Positions 1 to 11,000 of a stretch of 64,000 nucleotides of DNA are shown one piece after another (the first letter of the stretch is position 1; each line of letters opens with the position of its first letter). This DNA comes from a virus, in IMG/VR virus record IMGVR_UViG_3300047552_001147, positions 1-64,000 of that record. One strand, written 5' to 3'. The notes below the pieces were generated by a model that did not search any database, had not been told where the DNA came from, and saw nothing but the letters and a program-made list of their open reading frames with translations. The translations under genes were made by a program, and so were the position numbers.

Positions 1-1
1 A

Positions 2-358
2 GTGCCTAAGGACATGATCACGATGGTTCTAGGCACAGCGTGCCCTGAAGGATTTGAAGAGGTCGGAGAAGATGGGAAGTTTGTTAGAAGTGGCGAGAAT
101 CGTGGAAGCTCGACGCACTCTGTAACGACAGAGGTCGGTGTGTTCAGAAATGGTACGCTAGACTTCGAGGGCTATCAAAGCAAGAGCTTCGTCACCACCT
201 TCAAGAACTCGGCGAACTATCCGCTATATGACCCGAACAATACAAACGATCCGGTTGACGTCCCAGATGAGAAGGGCGTAGCTAATCACAAACACACCAT
301 TGGGGACGGCGATTCAGTTCCTGTCGGTGTTTTACTCAGGATGTGCCAGAGAGTATGA
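2..358 (+). CDS. Tail collar/tip domain protein, 5' truncated by the window
   Basis: PKDMITMVLGTACPEGF...HKH...P...MCQRV matches the C-terminal module of the next two ORFs. Confidence 0.6.
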   Translation: MPKDMITMVLGTACPEGFEEVGEDGKFVRSGENRGSSTHSVTTEVGVFRNGTLDFEGYQSKSFVTTFKNSANYPLYDPNNTNDPVDVPDEKGVANHKHTIGDGDSVPVGVLLRMCQRV

Positions 359-3300
359 CGCAAGAATTTCTGAAAACGACGCACGTCCAATCTATAGCTC
401 GTAATGGAAGCTTCAGTAGAGGACTCGCCCACTGGTTCGGGTGCTTCTCTAGACACAAACAAACAACAGGAAACACTACACAAGCGCTTCTAACAACCCC
501 GAGATATTCTGTAGAAATAGCGAGAGAATCAGATGCAATTTATCCCTCTGGAATTGATGCTGGTATACATCAGTTTATTGATCATCCTCATTACTATGTC
601 TTCCCGTCAAAACGACGAGTCGGAGGAGTAATAGCTGTTCCGGTTGCAAATGACCGGATGTACATCTATCTGTCGTCAACCGCTACGGTTGATGGCCAGC
701 GTGTTGTAGCAGCCAGCCAAGCATACGCTGGTCCAGGTGATGCTGTTCCTGGCTCAACATACACAACACCCAGAGACATTCGTCAATACTTCCAGCACCC
801 GTTCCTCTATAGAGACGAATCACACAGAGTCAAGGTTGAGGTCGGAAGCGAGATCAGTTACTCGGATAACAACCTCTCAGAGAGAACAGGGCTGTATCGC
901 GCTGGTCGTGTTATCGAGAACTACCCTGGAGCGCTTTGGGCGGTATCTAACCACATTCTAGAGGTGCTCGACCCGCTGTCTCGTTTAACCGCTAAAGTCG
1001 GGTCCAGCGATGAGCAGATCTCGTCCGTAAGTATTACGCAGATCAATAACAACATAGCTACGGTAGTGTTCGCTGGAAACACGCAGCTGTTTGTTGATAG
1101 AAACGTGGCGCGAGGCGACGTGCTTCGTTGCTATGATGACGGCACGGATATGGCCGGTATCGTGAGTCAGATAACGTACGGAACATCGACGGTTACTGTC
1201 GACGTTCGACCGCTTGAGAACCGAAACGTCAGATACTTCCCGTTCTTTAACACCACGGTTAACCTGACCTTGTGGGACATCTTTGAAACGTCCACAGGCA
1301 CGGCAACGGTCATAAAGAACACCTTTGATTACGACCTAACGCTCGCGTACTCGTGCAGCGTCTTACAGGGGTATGACGCGCCAATCAGCTCAACGCTTCA
1401 GTTTCGTCGGTGGTCCGATGGTCTGATCGATGAAACATTCACTACAGACGGCCCTGGATACCCTGGAGAGGTTATACCTAGGATCGATGGATCGTGCTCC
1501 GCGCTCTCGCTCGTCGATGCGAACGGTGTTACTAACCTAAGCTGGGAGCGAAGAATTGAGCGATTTGCAAGAGAGTCAGCAGAGCCGCTAGACGGTCGGC
1601 TGATGCTATCGATCACTCCCCAAAGACATAACTACGATAACCTTGGGTGGTTCATTGTTACTGACTTCACAGTAGTTAGTAACACGCTGACACTGACGTG
1701 CTCTGGAACAGCGCCGGCTCACTTCACAGTTGGTCAGAGGATTAGAGTTGAGGCTGATAACCCTAGTCTACTACCGAGCGGTTGGACGACGTCTGCGCTT
1801 TACACGCTGCTGTTCGCTGACGACGCTTATCTCGACATTGTAACGATCACGCCGGGGTCCGGAACATTCACAATTACCGCGAGCGTGCCCGGTATCCTAG
1901 ATACTAGCTATACACCTGAGACGAATCACCGTCACTATCTATTTGGTGCAGCTGATACTGGCAAGGCACTTGTTGGCGATGTTCGATTGTTCGTTGGTAA
2001 TCGTTCGCAGAGATTTGGATTCTCAGATGTACCTGTTGCCGCAGAACCGTCGAACTCCGTTAGGGATCAACTGTTAGGCGGTATCGACATTGTGGACAAC
2101 GTGGTACCCGCTGGCTTGATCGTGCTATACACTGGTGGTGGGACATGCCCTGCCGGGTTCAAACCCGTGGACGGTTTCGCAAACAGCGCTTCGGCAGGAC
2201 TATCCTACTACCAAATACCAATCCCTGATGCTGTAACGTACGACGCGACCACAGACAGAACACAGCTCGACTGGTCCACAACTAACTTCCCCATCTACGA
2301 TTCAGATGGAAACGTCATCAAGCTTGACGAGCTTCAACAGGTGTTGCGAGTAACGTTGCCGACAACGAGCGGTGATGTGGTTACTGGCGTGGAGCCTCCG
2401 GCACAGGCAGCGCAGCCAGGAGTGTTCATCAAGGTTCCTAGCATAGCATCTGGAAGTACATCTGGCCTGGGTGCGATTGATAATCTCGGCGGAGATTACA
2501 GCACACAAGACTTTGAAGCAGTTTACGATGACCGCAGTAAGTCCTTTCTGATTACCGACTTAAAATACGACGCGGACGGTGTGGCTCCTAGCTACAACAA
2601 CGCTCAATCATCGCTGCCCTGGTCAGCTGTAGCCGGCACCACATATCCTCAAGCATCTGGTAAGGGCACGTTATCGTATCCCTACGTGATCGACATCTCG
2701 CTTGCCGAGCTACCAACATCGTCGCTAGACCAGACGTACCCGCCAATGGGTCCTGTCGGTGCTGAGCAGGATCAGATCTTCGAGTACAACAACTCATCGG
2801 GTGTTGTAGATGCCCTGATTCTTGAGGGAAACCCAGGCAATCCCGCTGGATCTAAAATTGGGTACTCAACAAGTACCCAGCTTAAGGATGACTTTGAAAG
2901 CCAGCTCCAAGTTGGCGACGTGTACTACTTTAGCTGGGCTGAGCGATATACCGGCTCAAGAACCGGAGCATTCATCGGTCGTGTCGTGTATGTGAAGAAG
3001 AGCGAGAACTACTTCAATGTCGTCAGATATGACGGCTATCCGCTTAACTACGAGGGCGTTCCGACTGCTGGCACCTGGGACATACCCGTGGATATCCGTC
3101 CTGCGAAGCTGTTTGGGGTAGGTAAGCATGCACTCGTGAACAGCACAGTTGTGCCGCAAGGCGTCTCTATCAATAGAACTAGCTTAGTAGACACGAACGG
3201 TATTGAGAAAGACTACTGGGTTGTTACACCTAACTCGGTTGCCATCTCTCTGATTGTTAAGGGCAACCTGACAATACCTGCCAACACACAATACTTGCGG

Positions 3301-3570
3301 CTAGAGTCGTCAGGATTCCTCAAGAGTGGGGAACCTCAAGCTGATCTAGACTATGGTAGCAATGGTCATACGCACTTGATGGAGGCAACAGACTCGTCAA
3401 TCACCGTGACGAACCTCGTTCCTCGTGTTAATGAGTCGACTGCGTCCGGTAACACATACGCGCAGCTACCTTGGTACTCTGTTCCGAGCGGCCACCATCA
3501 CGGTTATCTGCCAGTTTATCGTTGGCCGCTACCAAAATTCCACCTGTTCACGCTCTGTGAGAAGCTGTAA
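343..3570 (+). CDS. Large tail/baseplate protein with collar and HxH tip module (start may be ATG 355)
   Basis: 1075 aa, T/S/V/G-rich; VPAGLIVLYTGGGTCPAGF collar-like motif; C-terminal HTH/HHH tripeptides and CEKL end. Confidence 0.65.
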   Translation: MPESMTQEFLKTTHVQSIARNGSFSRGLAHWFGCFSRHKQTTGNTTQALLTTPRYSVEIARESDAIYPSGIDAGIHQFIDHPHYYVFPSKRRVGGVIAVPVANDRMYIYLSSTATVDGQRVVAASQAYAGPGDAVPGSTYTTPRDIRQYFQHPFLYRDESHRVKVEVGSEISYSDNNLSERTGLYRAGRVIENYPGALWAVSNHILEVLDPLSRLTAKVGSSDEQISSVSITQINNNIATVVFAGNTQLFVDRNVARGDVLRCYDDGTDMAGIVSQITYGTSTVTVDVRPLENRNVRYFPFFNTTVNLTLWDIFETSTGTATVIKNTFDYDLTLAYSCSVLQGYDAPISSTLQFRRWSDGLIDETFTTDGPGYPGEVIPRIDGSCSALSLVDANGVTNLSWERRIERFARESAEPLDGRLMLSITPQRHNYDNLGWFIVTDFTVVSNTLTLTCSGTAPAHFTVGQRIRVEADNPSLLPSGWTTSALYTLLFADDAYLDIVTITPGSGTFTITASVPGILDTSYTPETNHRHYLFGAADTGKALVGDVRLFVGNRSQRFGFSDVPVAAEPSNSVRDQLLGGIDIVDNVVPAGLIVLYTGGGTCPAGFKPVDGFANSASAGLSYYQIPIPDAVTYDATTDRTQLDWSTTNFPIYDSDGNVIKLDELQQVLRVTLPTTSGDVVTGVEPPAQAAQPGVFIKVPSIASGSTSGLGAIDNLGGDYSTQDFEAVYDDRSKSFLITDLKYDADGVAPSYNNAQSSLPWSAVAGTTYPQASGKGTLSYPYVIDISLAELPTSSLDQTYPPMGPVGAEQDQIFEYNNSSGVVDALILEGNPGNPAGSKIGYSTSTQLKDDFESQLQVGDVYYFSWAERYTGSRTGAFIGRVVYVKKSENYFNVVRYDGYPLNYEGVPTAGTWDIPVDIRPAKLFGVGKHALVNSTVVPQGVSINRTSLVDTNGIEKDYWVVTPNSVAISLIVKGNLTIPANTQYLRLESSGFLKSGEPQADLDYGSNGHTHLMEATDSSITVTNLVPRVNESTASGNTYAQLPWYSVPSGHHHGYLPVYRWPLPKFHLFTLCEKL

Positions 3571-4724
3571 TGGTTGTTTTCAATACATACACACCGTACG
3601 ACGGTGTTGCAGATGACAGCAGCGCGATCAACTGGATCAACAACGGTCTGTTCATGTTTTACGATCAGAGCCTCGCTGTTGTCGAGGACACCGGTCTAAC
3701 TCGCTGTGGAGCGGACAAAAACGCGATCACTCCGACTAAAGTGACGCGAGAATTTGATGTTCTTGACCCAACTTTCTACAAAAAGACCACGTTTTCGTTC
3801 AAAATCGCTGAAAATGGTCATCAAGAACTGATCTCTGGATGGAAATTCAGTGGAAATGGCGTCGTAACAGTCAATCCAGTCGAGAATGGAACGATTGTTC
3901 CGAGCTTTGATGGCGGAAACTTGCTCGTCATCAACGGGACACAATCTGGAACGATAACAATGGATCAAGAGATCGAGTACTTCTATCCACTGCTAGGCAG
4001 TGAGATAACACTCGCTCTTGGTGGAAGAAAAGTCGCCGGTCTGGTTAAAGTCGAGCTACAATTACTGGTAGACGACGCTGTTGTGCACCAAATATCGACT
4101 CAATCACAGTTCTTCGGCTCGTACCGCCGGTTTTCTAGCTACGGGAAGTGCCCGAAGACCGGAAAAACAGCGAAAATACGCATAAAACTGACCGGATCAG
4201 GCTTTTGGAGCGTCGGATTGTCTGGTATCACGCTCTTGATGGGCGCGATGACGTCATACACCGCCGTTCCTAGCCTAACTGACCTGCTAATCCCTAAAGG
4301 GACGACGTTCTTGACGCTAGGTGATGCGTGTCCAAGTGGTTATCAAGAGATTGCCACCGACCACATGGCCTTGGTGACGAGCGGACCGGCAAACTTCCTA
4401 CAACAAACAACAGACGCACTTGGAGTTACTAGATTTGAGCTTGAGACAGAAGGCGGCCACGATGTTCACGACCACAACCCGGATGGCCAGATTGATGCTC
4501 TCGATGAGCCCTCTGGAGACCGTCATGTTGGTCCTGTATCTGTCCCTGACGATGGCTATGCTCTCATTCATGGCGTTCCGTACCATTTGACAGGCACTGT
4601 AACGTCGTGGTTTCCTCACGATAGACCAACTGTGACGCTTTCAGTGGATCACTCGCACAGTTTGACGTCAGAAATGGCCGCTGTACCACCAAATTTCCGC
4701 GTCAAGTATTGTAAGAAGCTGTAA
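3570..4724 (+). CDS. Tail protein: beta-rich N-terminal part plus collar/HxH module
   Basis: IPKGTTFLTLGDACPSGY, HDH, HSH, PP...YCKKL; coupled to the upstream stop. Confidence 0.6.
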   Translation: MVVFNTYTPYDGVADDSSAINWINNGLFMFYDQSLAVVEDTGLTRCGADKNAITPTKVTREFDVLDPTFYKKTTFSFKIAENGHQELISGWKFSGNGVVTVNPVENGTIVPSFDGGNLLVINGTQSGTITMDQEIEYFYPLLGSEITLALGGRKVAGLVKVELQLLVDDAVVHQISTQSQFFGSYRRFSSYGKCPKTGKTAKIRIKLTGSGFWSVGLSGITLLMGAMTSYTAVPSLTDLLIPKGTTFLTLGDACPSGYQEIATDHMALVTSGPANFLQQTTDALGVTRFELETEGGHDVHDHNPDGQIDALDEPSGDRHVGPVSVPDDGYALIHGVPYHLTGTVTSWFPHDRPTVTLSVDHSHSLTSEMAAVPPNFRVKYCKKL

Positions 4725-4749
4725 AACGCACCATTTTTGGCCGAAAAAC

Positions 4750-4758
4750 GGCATAAGA
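4750..4758 (+). promoter_or_regulatory. Conserved phage promoter motif GGCATAAGA
   Basis: Intergenic, upstream of the accessory block at 4792; the only + strand copy found. Confidence 0.7.
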
Positions 4759-4759
4759 T

Positions 4760-4788
4760 AGGTGCAGATGACGGTCTGCGCCTTTTTT
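4760..4788 (+). terminator. Intrinsic terminator
   Basis: AGGTGCAGA-tgacgg-TCTGCGCCT followed by a T run, downstream of the tail genes. Confidence 0.65.
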
Positions 4789-4791
4789 CAC

Positions 4792-5328
4792 ATGAAACAA
4801 CAGCGAAACTACACTAAAGAACAGCTTGTCGACCTCATTCTTTTACAGCAGATATTGGAGGAGTATTCGGATGTGAAAACCGGATGGGTAACCAGTGACC
4901 ACTACAGGCACGGCGACAACCCGGTTCTTTACATCAACGTCAATGATCTGTGGTGGTGGGGTTCCGCCGACGCAGAGGATGTTGAACCAGAAGACGCGAA
5001 GATACTGACTCAGCGCTTGAAAGAGCTACGCCATCTTCACTACGAAGCGACGCCAACTGATGTTGTTGGACTCGCTTGTGGTGAGATTGAGCCGCTCATC
5101 CTCGCGCGTACAGAAGTGCAATACCTCTGTACGCAGATGTACTATACCTGCCTAGCGTTCATATCTGTCCGCAGAGGGATGGACCCAGAGAACCTCTTTA
5201 AGTGCTTCAAGCGCGGGGATGATAATAAGTGGAGAAACATCAAAGAGTTCCCTGAATATCTGGAACTGTTCAACAGAGAGAAGACGTGGTGGCTAGAACA
5301 TGGTAATCTTTCGGTTCGACCTTCTTAG
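4792..5328 (+). CDS. Hypothetical protein
   Basis: ORF; ATG 4792 just downstream of the promoter motif. Confidence 0.7.
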   Translation: MKQQRNYTKEQLVDLILLQQILEEYSDVKTGWVTSDHYRHGDNPVLYINVNDLWWWGSADAEDVEPEDAKILTQRLKELRHLHYEATPTDVVGLACGEIEPLILARTEVQYLCTQMYYTCLAFISVRRGMDPENLFKCFKRGDDNKWRNIKEFPEYLELFNREKTWWLEHGNLSVRPS

Positions 5329-5686
5329 CTTGATGGCGCACCACGGTGAAGTAATCCCAGCTGCTGATGGTTGGGAAAGCAGACCACCACACCAGATCAA
5401 CGTCTCTTCAGTAAAGTGCGGACATTGTCGTGGTTGGTGCCTCCCCGGAGGAGCCGAGCGCGGTCACATGCTCGACAGCATCTTTATTAGGGGGCGCACG
5501 CACTACTACTGGTTAAGGGATCGTCAATGGCGGTGCCGCAATCTGCGCGGATGTACCTCACGCTACACCTCCTTTGATTTTCATCGTAGCAGCGGTAGAC
5601 GCCGGCTGCACGGTAGTGGGGATTACGACACTGAGATTGATGGACCGGCTGGCATTTATGAAGCGATTGACTACTACGGAGACTAA
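5300..5686 (+). CDS. Hypothetical Cys/His/Arg-rich protein
   Basis: ORF fills the gap in a + strand block; CGHC; start uncertain. Confidence 0.4.
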   Translation: MVIFRFDLLSLMAHHGEVIPAADGWESRPPHQINVSSVKCGHCRGWCLPGGAERGHMLDSIFIRGRTHYYWLRDRQWRCRNLRGCTSRYTSFDFHRSSGRRRLHGSGDYDTEIDGPAGIYEAIDYYGD

Positions 5687-5688
5687 CA

Positions 5689-5901
5689 ATGGTTGATTGT
5701 CACATCTGCAAAGAGGAACACAATCCTGTGAGCGAAACTAAGAGAACCTGTGTCGGCTGCGCCAATCCCGCAAAAGATCCGACGTCCCGCTGGTATGGCT
5801 GGACCAAAGAAGAATTGGTTGCGAAGATTGAGAAGCTTGAGCAAGAGAACAAGCAGCTGACCATTGAACTGATGGTGTCGAGGGCACCCTACCTTGAGTA
5901 A
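5689..5901 (+). CDS. Small zinc-finger plus coiled-coil protein
   Basis: CHIC, CVGC, heptad C-terminus; GGAGA RBS. Confidence 0.65.
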   Translation: MVDCHICKEEHNPVSETKRTCVGCANPAKDPTSRWYGWTKEELVAKIEKLEQENKQLTIELMVSRAPYLE

Positions 5902-6250
5902 CAAGGGCTACTATTACTGCAGAGTCTGTAATGAGGCGCACAGCAGAGAATACACTTGCAGTGTGCAACCAATATGTGGCCTATGCGGTGAGTTTGTCAA
6001 CGGCTTTCACGCATGCTGGACGGTGAAGCCGTCACAGAGCGTGCCAGATCCCGTCCACATCATTCCTCCGTACACCATGCCGTATCCATCTGATGGTGAT
6101 CCGCGTCCCCACACATGCCCGGTATGCCGAGGTTCGGGTATGGTATCAAGACCGCCGCATGTTGCAGGAGACATTGATACATGGTCAGACAATTCTATCG
6201 GTCCATATGCGTGTCGAGCCTGTAGCGGAAAGGGTGTTCTGTGGCGGTAA
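5894..6250 (+). CDS. Zinc-finger protein with DnaJ-type CxxCxGxG repeats
   Basis: CPVCRGSG and CRACSGKG, plus CRVC and CGLC. Confidence 0.65.
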   Translation: MSNKGYYYCRVCNEAHSREYTCSVQPICGLCGEFVNGFHACWTVKPSQSVPDPVHIIPPYTMPYPSDGDPRPHTCPVCRGSGMVSRPPHVAGDIDTWSDNSIGPYACRACSGKGVLWR

Positions 6251-6666
6251 ACAAAGATCTGATGAGACTCATTGCTAGTGGTCGACCGGTTCCTCCGGAA
6301 AAATATGAGAAGGCGACCTTCGATTTTGATGATTCGGATCTATTTGGTATCATCGAAGAGCTGGTAAAGCTGGAAGAACAGATCAAGAGTCTCGGATTGG
6401 TTGTTCCAAGACGACTCGACACCGACTCATACGACTTCTCTTTCTGGAAAACGACAGACAGCGACTACGGTGATAGAGCGTTTGTCTCAATAACGCTGCA
6501 CCTTGAGAAGACACCAGAAAGATTGGCACAAGACAAGAAGAAGTATGAAGAAGATCTGATCAAGTGGCAGCGATCAATGGAAAACACTAAGGAAGAGCGT
6601 GCTGAGCTCTTCCAAGAAGAGGTTGCTGCGTTGGCCAAGAAATACGGCCTTGAGGAATCAAAGTGA
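6241..6666 (+). CDS. Hypothetical protein
   Basis: Overlapping coupled ORF, charged and helical. Confidence 0.7.
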   Translation: MAVNKDLMRLIASGRPVPPEKYEKATFDFDDSDLFGIIEELVKLEEQIKSLGLVVPRRLDTDSYDFSFWKTTDSDYGDRAFVSITLHLEKTPERLAQDKKKYEEDLIKWQRSMENTKEERAELFQEEVAALAKKYGLEESK

Positions 6667-6893
6667 GTAAGTTCACGGACTCGGAGAAGGTCAAGATCTA
6701 CGAGGATCTCTTCCACCGAATCAATATGGCCGAAATCGCCTGTCGTACCGACATAATTCGTGCATACATCAGCCGAATCATAAATTGGTCATATGCTCAT
6801 CGTCGTGGCAACGGTGCGCCAACCGAGGAAGAGCAGCAGGCAATGATTGACCGAGAAACTGAAAAACTACTAGATCGGGTTGAGATAAAATGA
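6663..6893 (+). CDS. Hypothetical protein
   Basis: GTGA coupling, GAGG RBS. Confidence 0.7.
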   Translation: MSKFTDSEKVKIYEDLFHRINMAEIACRTDIIRAYISRIINWSYAHRRGNGAPTEEEQQAMIDRETEKLLDRVEIK

Positions 6894-7150
6894 ACCCTCC
6901 CATTCTGTACTACAGTCCATTCTGCCCGATCTGTCCGGGTGTTGTGGAGCGGTGCGTTGATTACTTTAATCAAAAACGTATCCTTTTGGTAGTCAGAATG
7001 CCCTCATTAGCTGAGAAAGCCAAACTGTCCGGTCTCCCGGCTCTCTTCGTCCCGAAGGAGCTTGGAGATCTGGACAGCGCCTATCTTTTAGTTGGAGAGG
7101 ACATTCCTGATTGGCTAGAATCGGTAAAAGATCGGATAGCAGCTAAATGA
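6890..7150 (+). CDS. Glutaredoxin/thioredoxin-like small protein
   Basis: ILYYSPFCPIC (CxxC after a beta strand) and GLPALFV cis-Pro-like motif. Confidence 0.5.
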   Translation: MNPPILYYSPFCPICPGVVERCVDYFNQKRILLVVRMPSLAEKAKLSGLPALFVPKELGDLDSAYLLVGEDIPDWLESVKDRIAAK

Positions 7151-8055
7151 GATCACCCGGAATCGTCAATATTCGCTTCAACTACGCGTCCCCGCCCTAC
7201 CTAGGTGTCGCGGTTGATCGTCTTACGGCGACAGTCAGAGATTCTGACGGACGGGTGTACTCAACATTTGTTGCTAGCCCTGCCTCTGCTCTACAAGAGG
7301 TAGTAGGCAGTGGGGACTACCCGGCGTACTACCAGATTAGCGACTTCAGCGCTACAGATACCACTAGATTCCGTGGCTCAAGCCTGTCAGTCGATTGGCA
7401 AGTAACGCAAGGAACAGCTAGCCCTTCTTTTACAACGACCCACTACTTTGTGCCGGTAGCTCCAAGGCGTATCAGGACTAGAGTGCTGAATTGGTCAGTA
7501 TCCACAGCTGAGCGGTTAGCTGGATACTACATCGAATCAAAAACCGAGTCTGACGCTCAGTTCAGTTTCCTCGGATCAACCGAGCTGACAACGTTTATTG
7601 ACGACACACAGTACCCCGCGCCGTATTGGACACACGGGGTACAGTACCAGGTGTACGACCTTGTTTGGGGACTAAGCCCCGGCTCGCCCGGCCCAACACT
7701 CGGAGACATGCGCTCACCGAGCTATGTAACATGGTTCACACCGTGCTGCCTAGTCAAAGGCCAGATTAGTCAGATCGATGGTACGATCGAAGAAGTCGAC
7801 TACATCCGGTTCTATGTTGACCACAGAGCTCAGCTGCCAATGTACGTTAGCGACACAGCTTATCTAGTGGATAGAGAGCTACGCGTTGATATCGACTCCA
7901 GCGGCGCTTTCGGAGTATGCTTACCTAGGGGACTAGTGGTAACAGCTGAGATCCCTCAAATCGGCTTGGTTCGTCGATTTGTTGTACCAGACACCAACGT
8001 TGTCAATCTGAGTGAAATTGACGGGACTACTTTTGAGACATACAGAGCACCCTAA
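7147..8055 (+). CDS. Probable virion structural protein
   Basis: Beta-rich composition; coupled to the 1814-aa tail protein. Confidence 0.5.
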   Translation: MRSPGIVNIRFNYASPPYLGVAVDRLTATVRDSDGRVYSTFVASPASALQEVVGSGDYPAYYQISDFSATDTTRFRGSSLSVDWQVTQGTASPSFTTTHYFVPVAPRRIRTRVLNWSVSTAERLAGYYIESKTESDAQFSFLGSTELTTFIDDTQYPAPYWTHGVQYQVYDLVWGLSPGSPGPTLGDMRSPSYVTWFTPCCLVKGQISQIDGTIEEVDYIRFYVDHRAQLPMYVSDTAYLVDRELRVDIDSSGAFGVCLPRGLVVTAEIPQIGLVRRFVVPDTNVVNLSEIDGTTFETYRAP

Positions 8056-11000
8056 TGACTGACAATTACGACTCAACGCCGAACCTAGACCTCAAGAAGC
8101 CGGAACACGGCTCTTATGAAGGGTACTGGGAAATCCCCGTCAATGAGAACTCGGACAAGGTTGATGCTGCGTTTGATCCCGCAAGTGGGCACAATCACGA
8201 TGGCTCTAGTCTGGGCAGCGGTAGCAAGGTTGATCATAACAACCTTCTCAGCATTGGTACGAACTCCCACGACGATATTGATGCTCACATCGCTGACACC
8301 GCGCTTCACCTCGACGGTGTGAAGGTCGGAACTGTTACTGGCATTGATCCAGCGATTACAGTAACAGACGTGTCAGAGATCGAGTTCGAGAACGCCGTTG
8401 TTACAGATATGGGCGGTGGCGTCGTACGTGTTGTTACCGCTAGTAGCTCTGGTCCTGGTTATACGGCACCGTTCTATGCAAAGCCCGAGAGCTCGGCTAT
8501 TGCGTACACAGACAACTTCAACTGGGCACCTGGTTCGGTATTAGCGGATCATTCTTGGTGCACGATCCTGTCGTATCCCAGCATGCACGATTGGGTTGTT
8601 GGTGGCGCTGTTGTCGGAAGCTACGCCTACATAAGAACAGAAGTGACGAACGGTCTGTTCGCTCAAGACGGTTTCGCCATCGCTCACTGCACTGGGCACA
8701 TTCCTCATGGTACTGCCCAAAGAGTCACTGTCAAGGTTGACAGTTTTCGTCCGTATAAGGATGTAGACGGCCTGATCGCCGATAATGATGGCCTGACATA
8801 TGTTGCTGGTAACGGGCTAGATGACGCAGTAACGCTGTCACTAGACCTGATGTCAGCCACTCAGGGCTTCGTAGCTGGCCGTCCATGCCTGTACGGTATT
8901 TCCCTACTGATCCGTAAGGTACCCGGAACAGCAACACTAAGCTACACGCTGAATGTTCGTAGCGACAGTACGCCGCCCGTCTCTGGTACGACAATGGGCG
9001 CTCTTTGGACAGACTTCTCTAACGGGCCTAACGGGGATCTGCAAGGTGCCCCATACTCAGATATTGAGGGATGGCACGAGCTGGCGCTGCGCCGTCACCC
9101 CACGATCACCGGTGCCTATTCAATTCACTACTACCACAACGAGGGTCTGTCGTGGTACAAGACATTCAATCCCGCAAGTACAGATGTTAATGAGGCGCGG
9201 ATTGCCGCAGAGATTGGGGCGCTGACTCAAACGCTTGCAACGAGCACTAACCCGTCAGAGCCTCCCTACGGACGTATCGGTTTCTCTCTTGGGTTCACGC
9301 TAGATAACCAAACATCTCATCACGTCTACGAGCTGCGTGTTCGTCACGCATCAATCGGTAGCCAAGATGATGAGCAGGCGGTCAAAGCCGTCGATATTCC
9401 GGAATCCACTGTCCCTGTCGTAAGTGTGCCTGTATGCTCATCCGGTCCGTTTACGGGATTTGATACTGGCGAACCTTTCCCTTACCAAGGTCAGTCCACA
9501 AATCCTGGACAATTCTGGATCTCAGCCAAGTTTACAGATCTTGGCATCAATCAGAACCAGTCAGGATTCCTTGTGTCCGGTGGACTCGTTAGCGATCTCG
9601 TATACTGTGCGTCACCGAGTCCTGGATCTCCTCCGGTCAACAACCAATCAGTCTTCTATTCTGATACGTTCATGCCTGGTGGTGAGACAGGTAGAGGCGT
9701 GTTCCTAGACGGTGGTCGTCTAGTAAGGGGCGATAAAGCTGGCGCAGCTGACAACCTCCTAGTAACCGTGACGGCGGTAAACAGCAACGAGATTCCGAGA
9801 GACTGGAATACTGCTGGCGCGTTCACAGCCGGGTATTACACAGCTGGAGAAGAGCTTCCGACATCGTTCATTGACGTATTCACAATCGACGCTCGCTGGG
9901 TGGATCCTGCATCGCAAGCCGAACGTATCCTATGCGGTTACGTATCAGGCCCTAGAATCCCCATCGGAGCAGAAGTCTCTGTCACAGTTACACCGAAATA
10001 CGAGCTCTCGTTCGACGCAACTTGGCAACCACTTCTGATTGCGCAGCCTGTCCCGTCTATTGAGAGCCACACAACACTGGTTTGGGATAGCGTTGGATTC
10101 TATTCTGACACAAACACCGGCGTTAACAGTAGATGGGTCGATGTCACGCCAGACGGTAACGGGGATCCGTACGTTCTGGAAGGAAGCACTGTTTGCTTTG
10201 GTGCATCAATCGATAAGCTACCGCTTGGCCTTGATTTCTGGCAAGGGGACGGATTCCTAGTACCAACCGACTTCGCTGGCACCATCAAGCACGTTGTTGT
10301 GGAGTCGTCCGATCTTGTTGGTACATACAGTGTTGCAATAACGCCGAATAGCACCAGCACATCAATCTTCAGAAATGTGTCTAGACCTTTCTTCATTACA
10401 GATGAGGCACGCATCACGAAGTACTTTGATGCGGTTCTTCCGTATGAACTAGGTGTTGGAACGGATATGCTTATTGCTACCGCCGTCGGCGTGCCTCCTC
10501 CGACAGCAGTAAACACTGATAAGGTGCTTGAGCATGCGAACGTTCAGTTCAACACCATTAGTCAGAATACTGAGAGCGTTGCACAGATCCATAAGCTATC
10601 TGACAGCATCGCTAACCTAGTCGTCAGGAGTGTTTCTATTCCGAACATGTTGAGCCTCAACATGGCGGATACGGTGTATCCAAGCGGCAACTCGCTCACC
10701 TTCCTACCGACCTCTGCTCAGAAATCTATCCCTATCTTGTCAAGTCTGCAGATCTTGCCGAGAAACCCTGAGGTAATCGCTCACGAGATCTCGGACCTGG
10801 CTGCTGGGGCATCTGTAACAATGCAGTTCATTGTTAGATACCATCACGATATCGACATCACCGGAGACCTGACAGCTACTGCTGTTGACGGTCTGACGTC
10901 GCTAACAGTTTCTAGCGCTCCGGTTTACTACGGCGGCATTGACAGCACACAGACTGATCCGACGTTGGTCACGCCTAGCGGCTATAACGCTTACCGCCGA

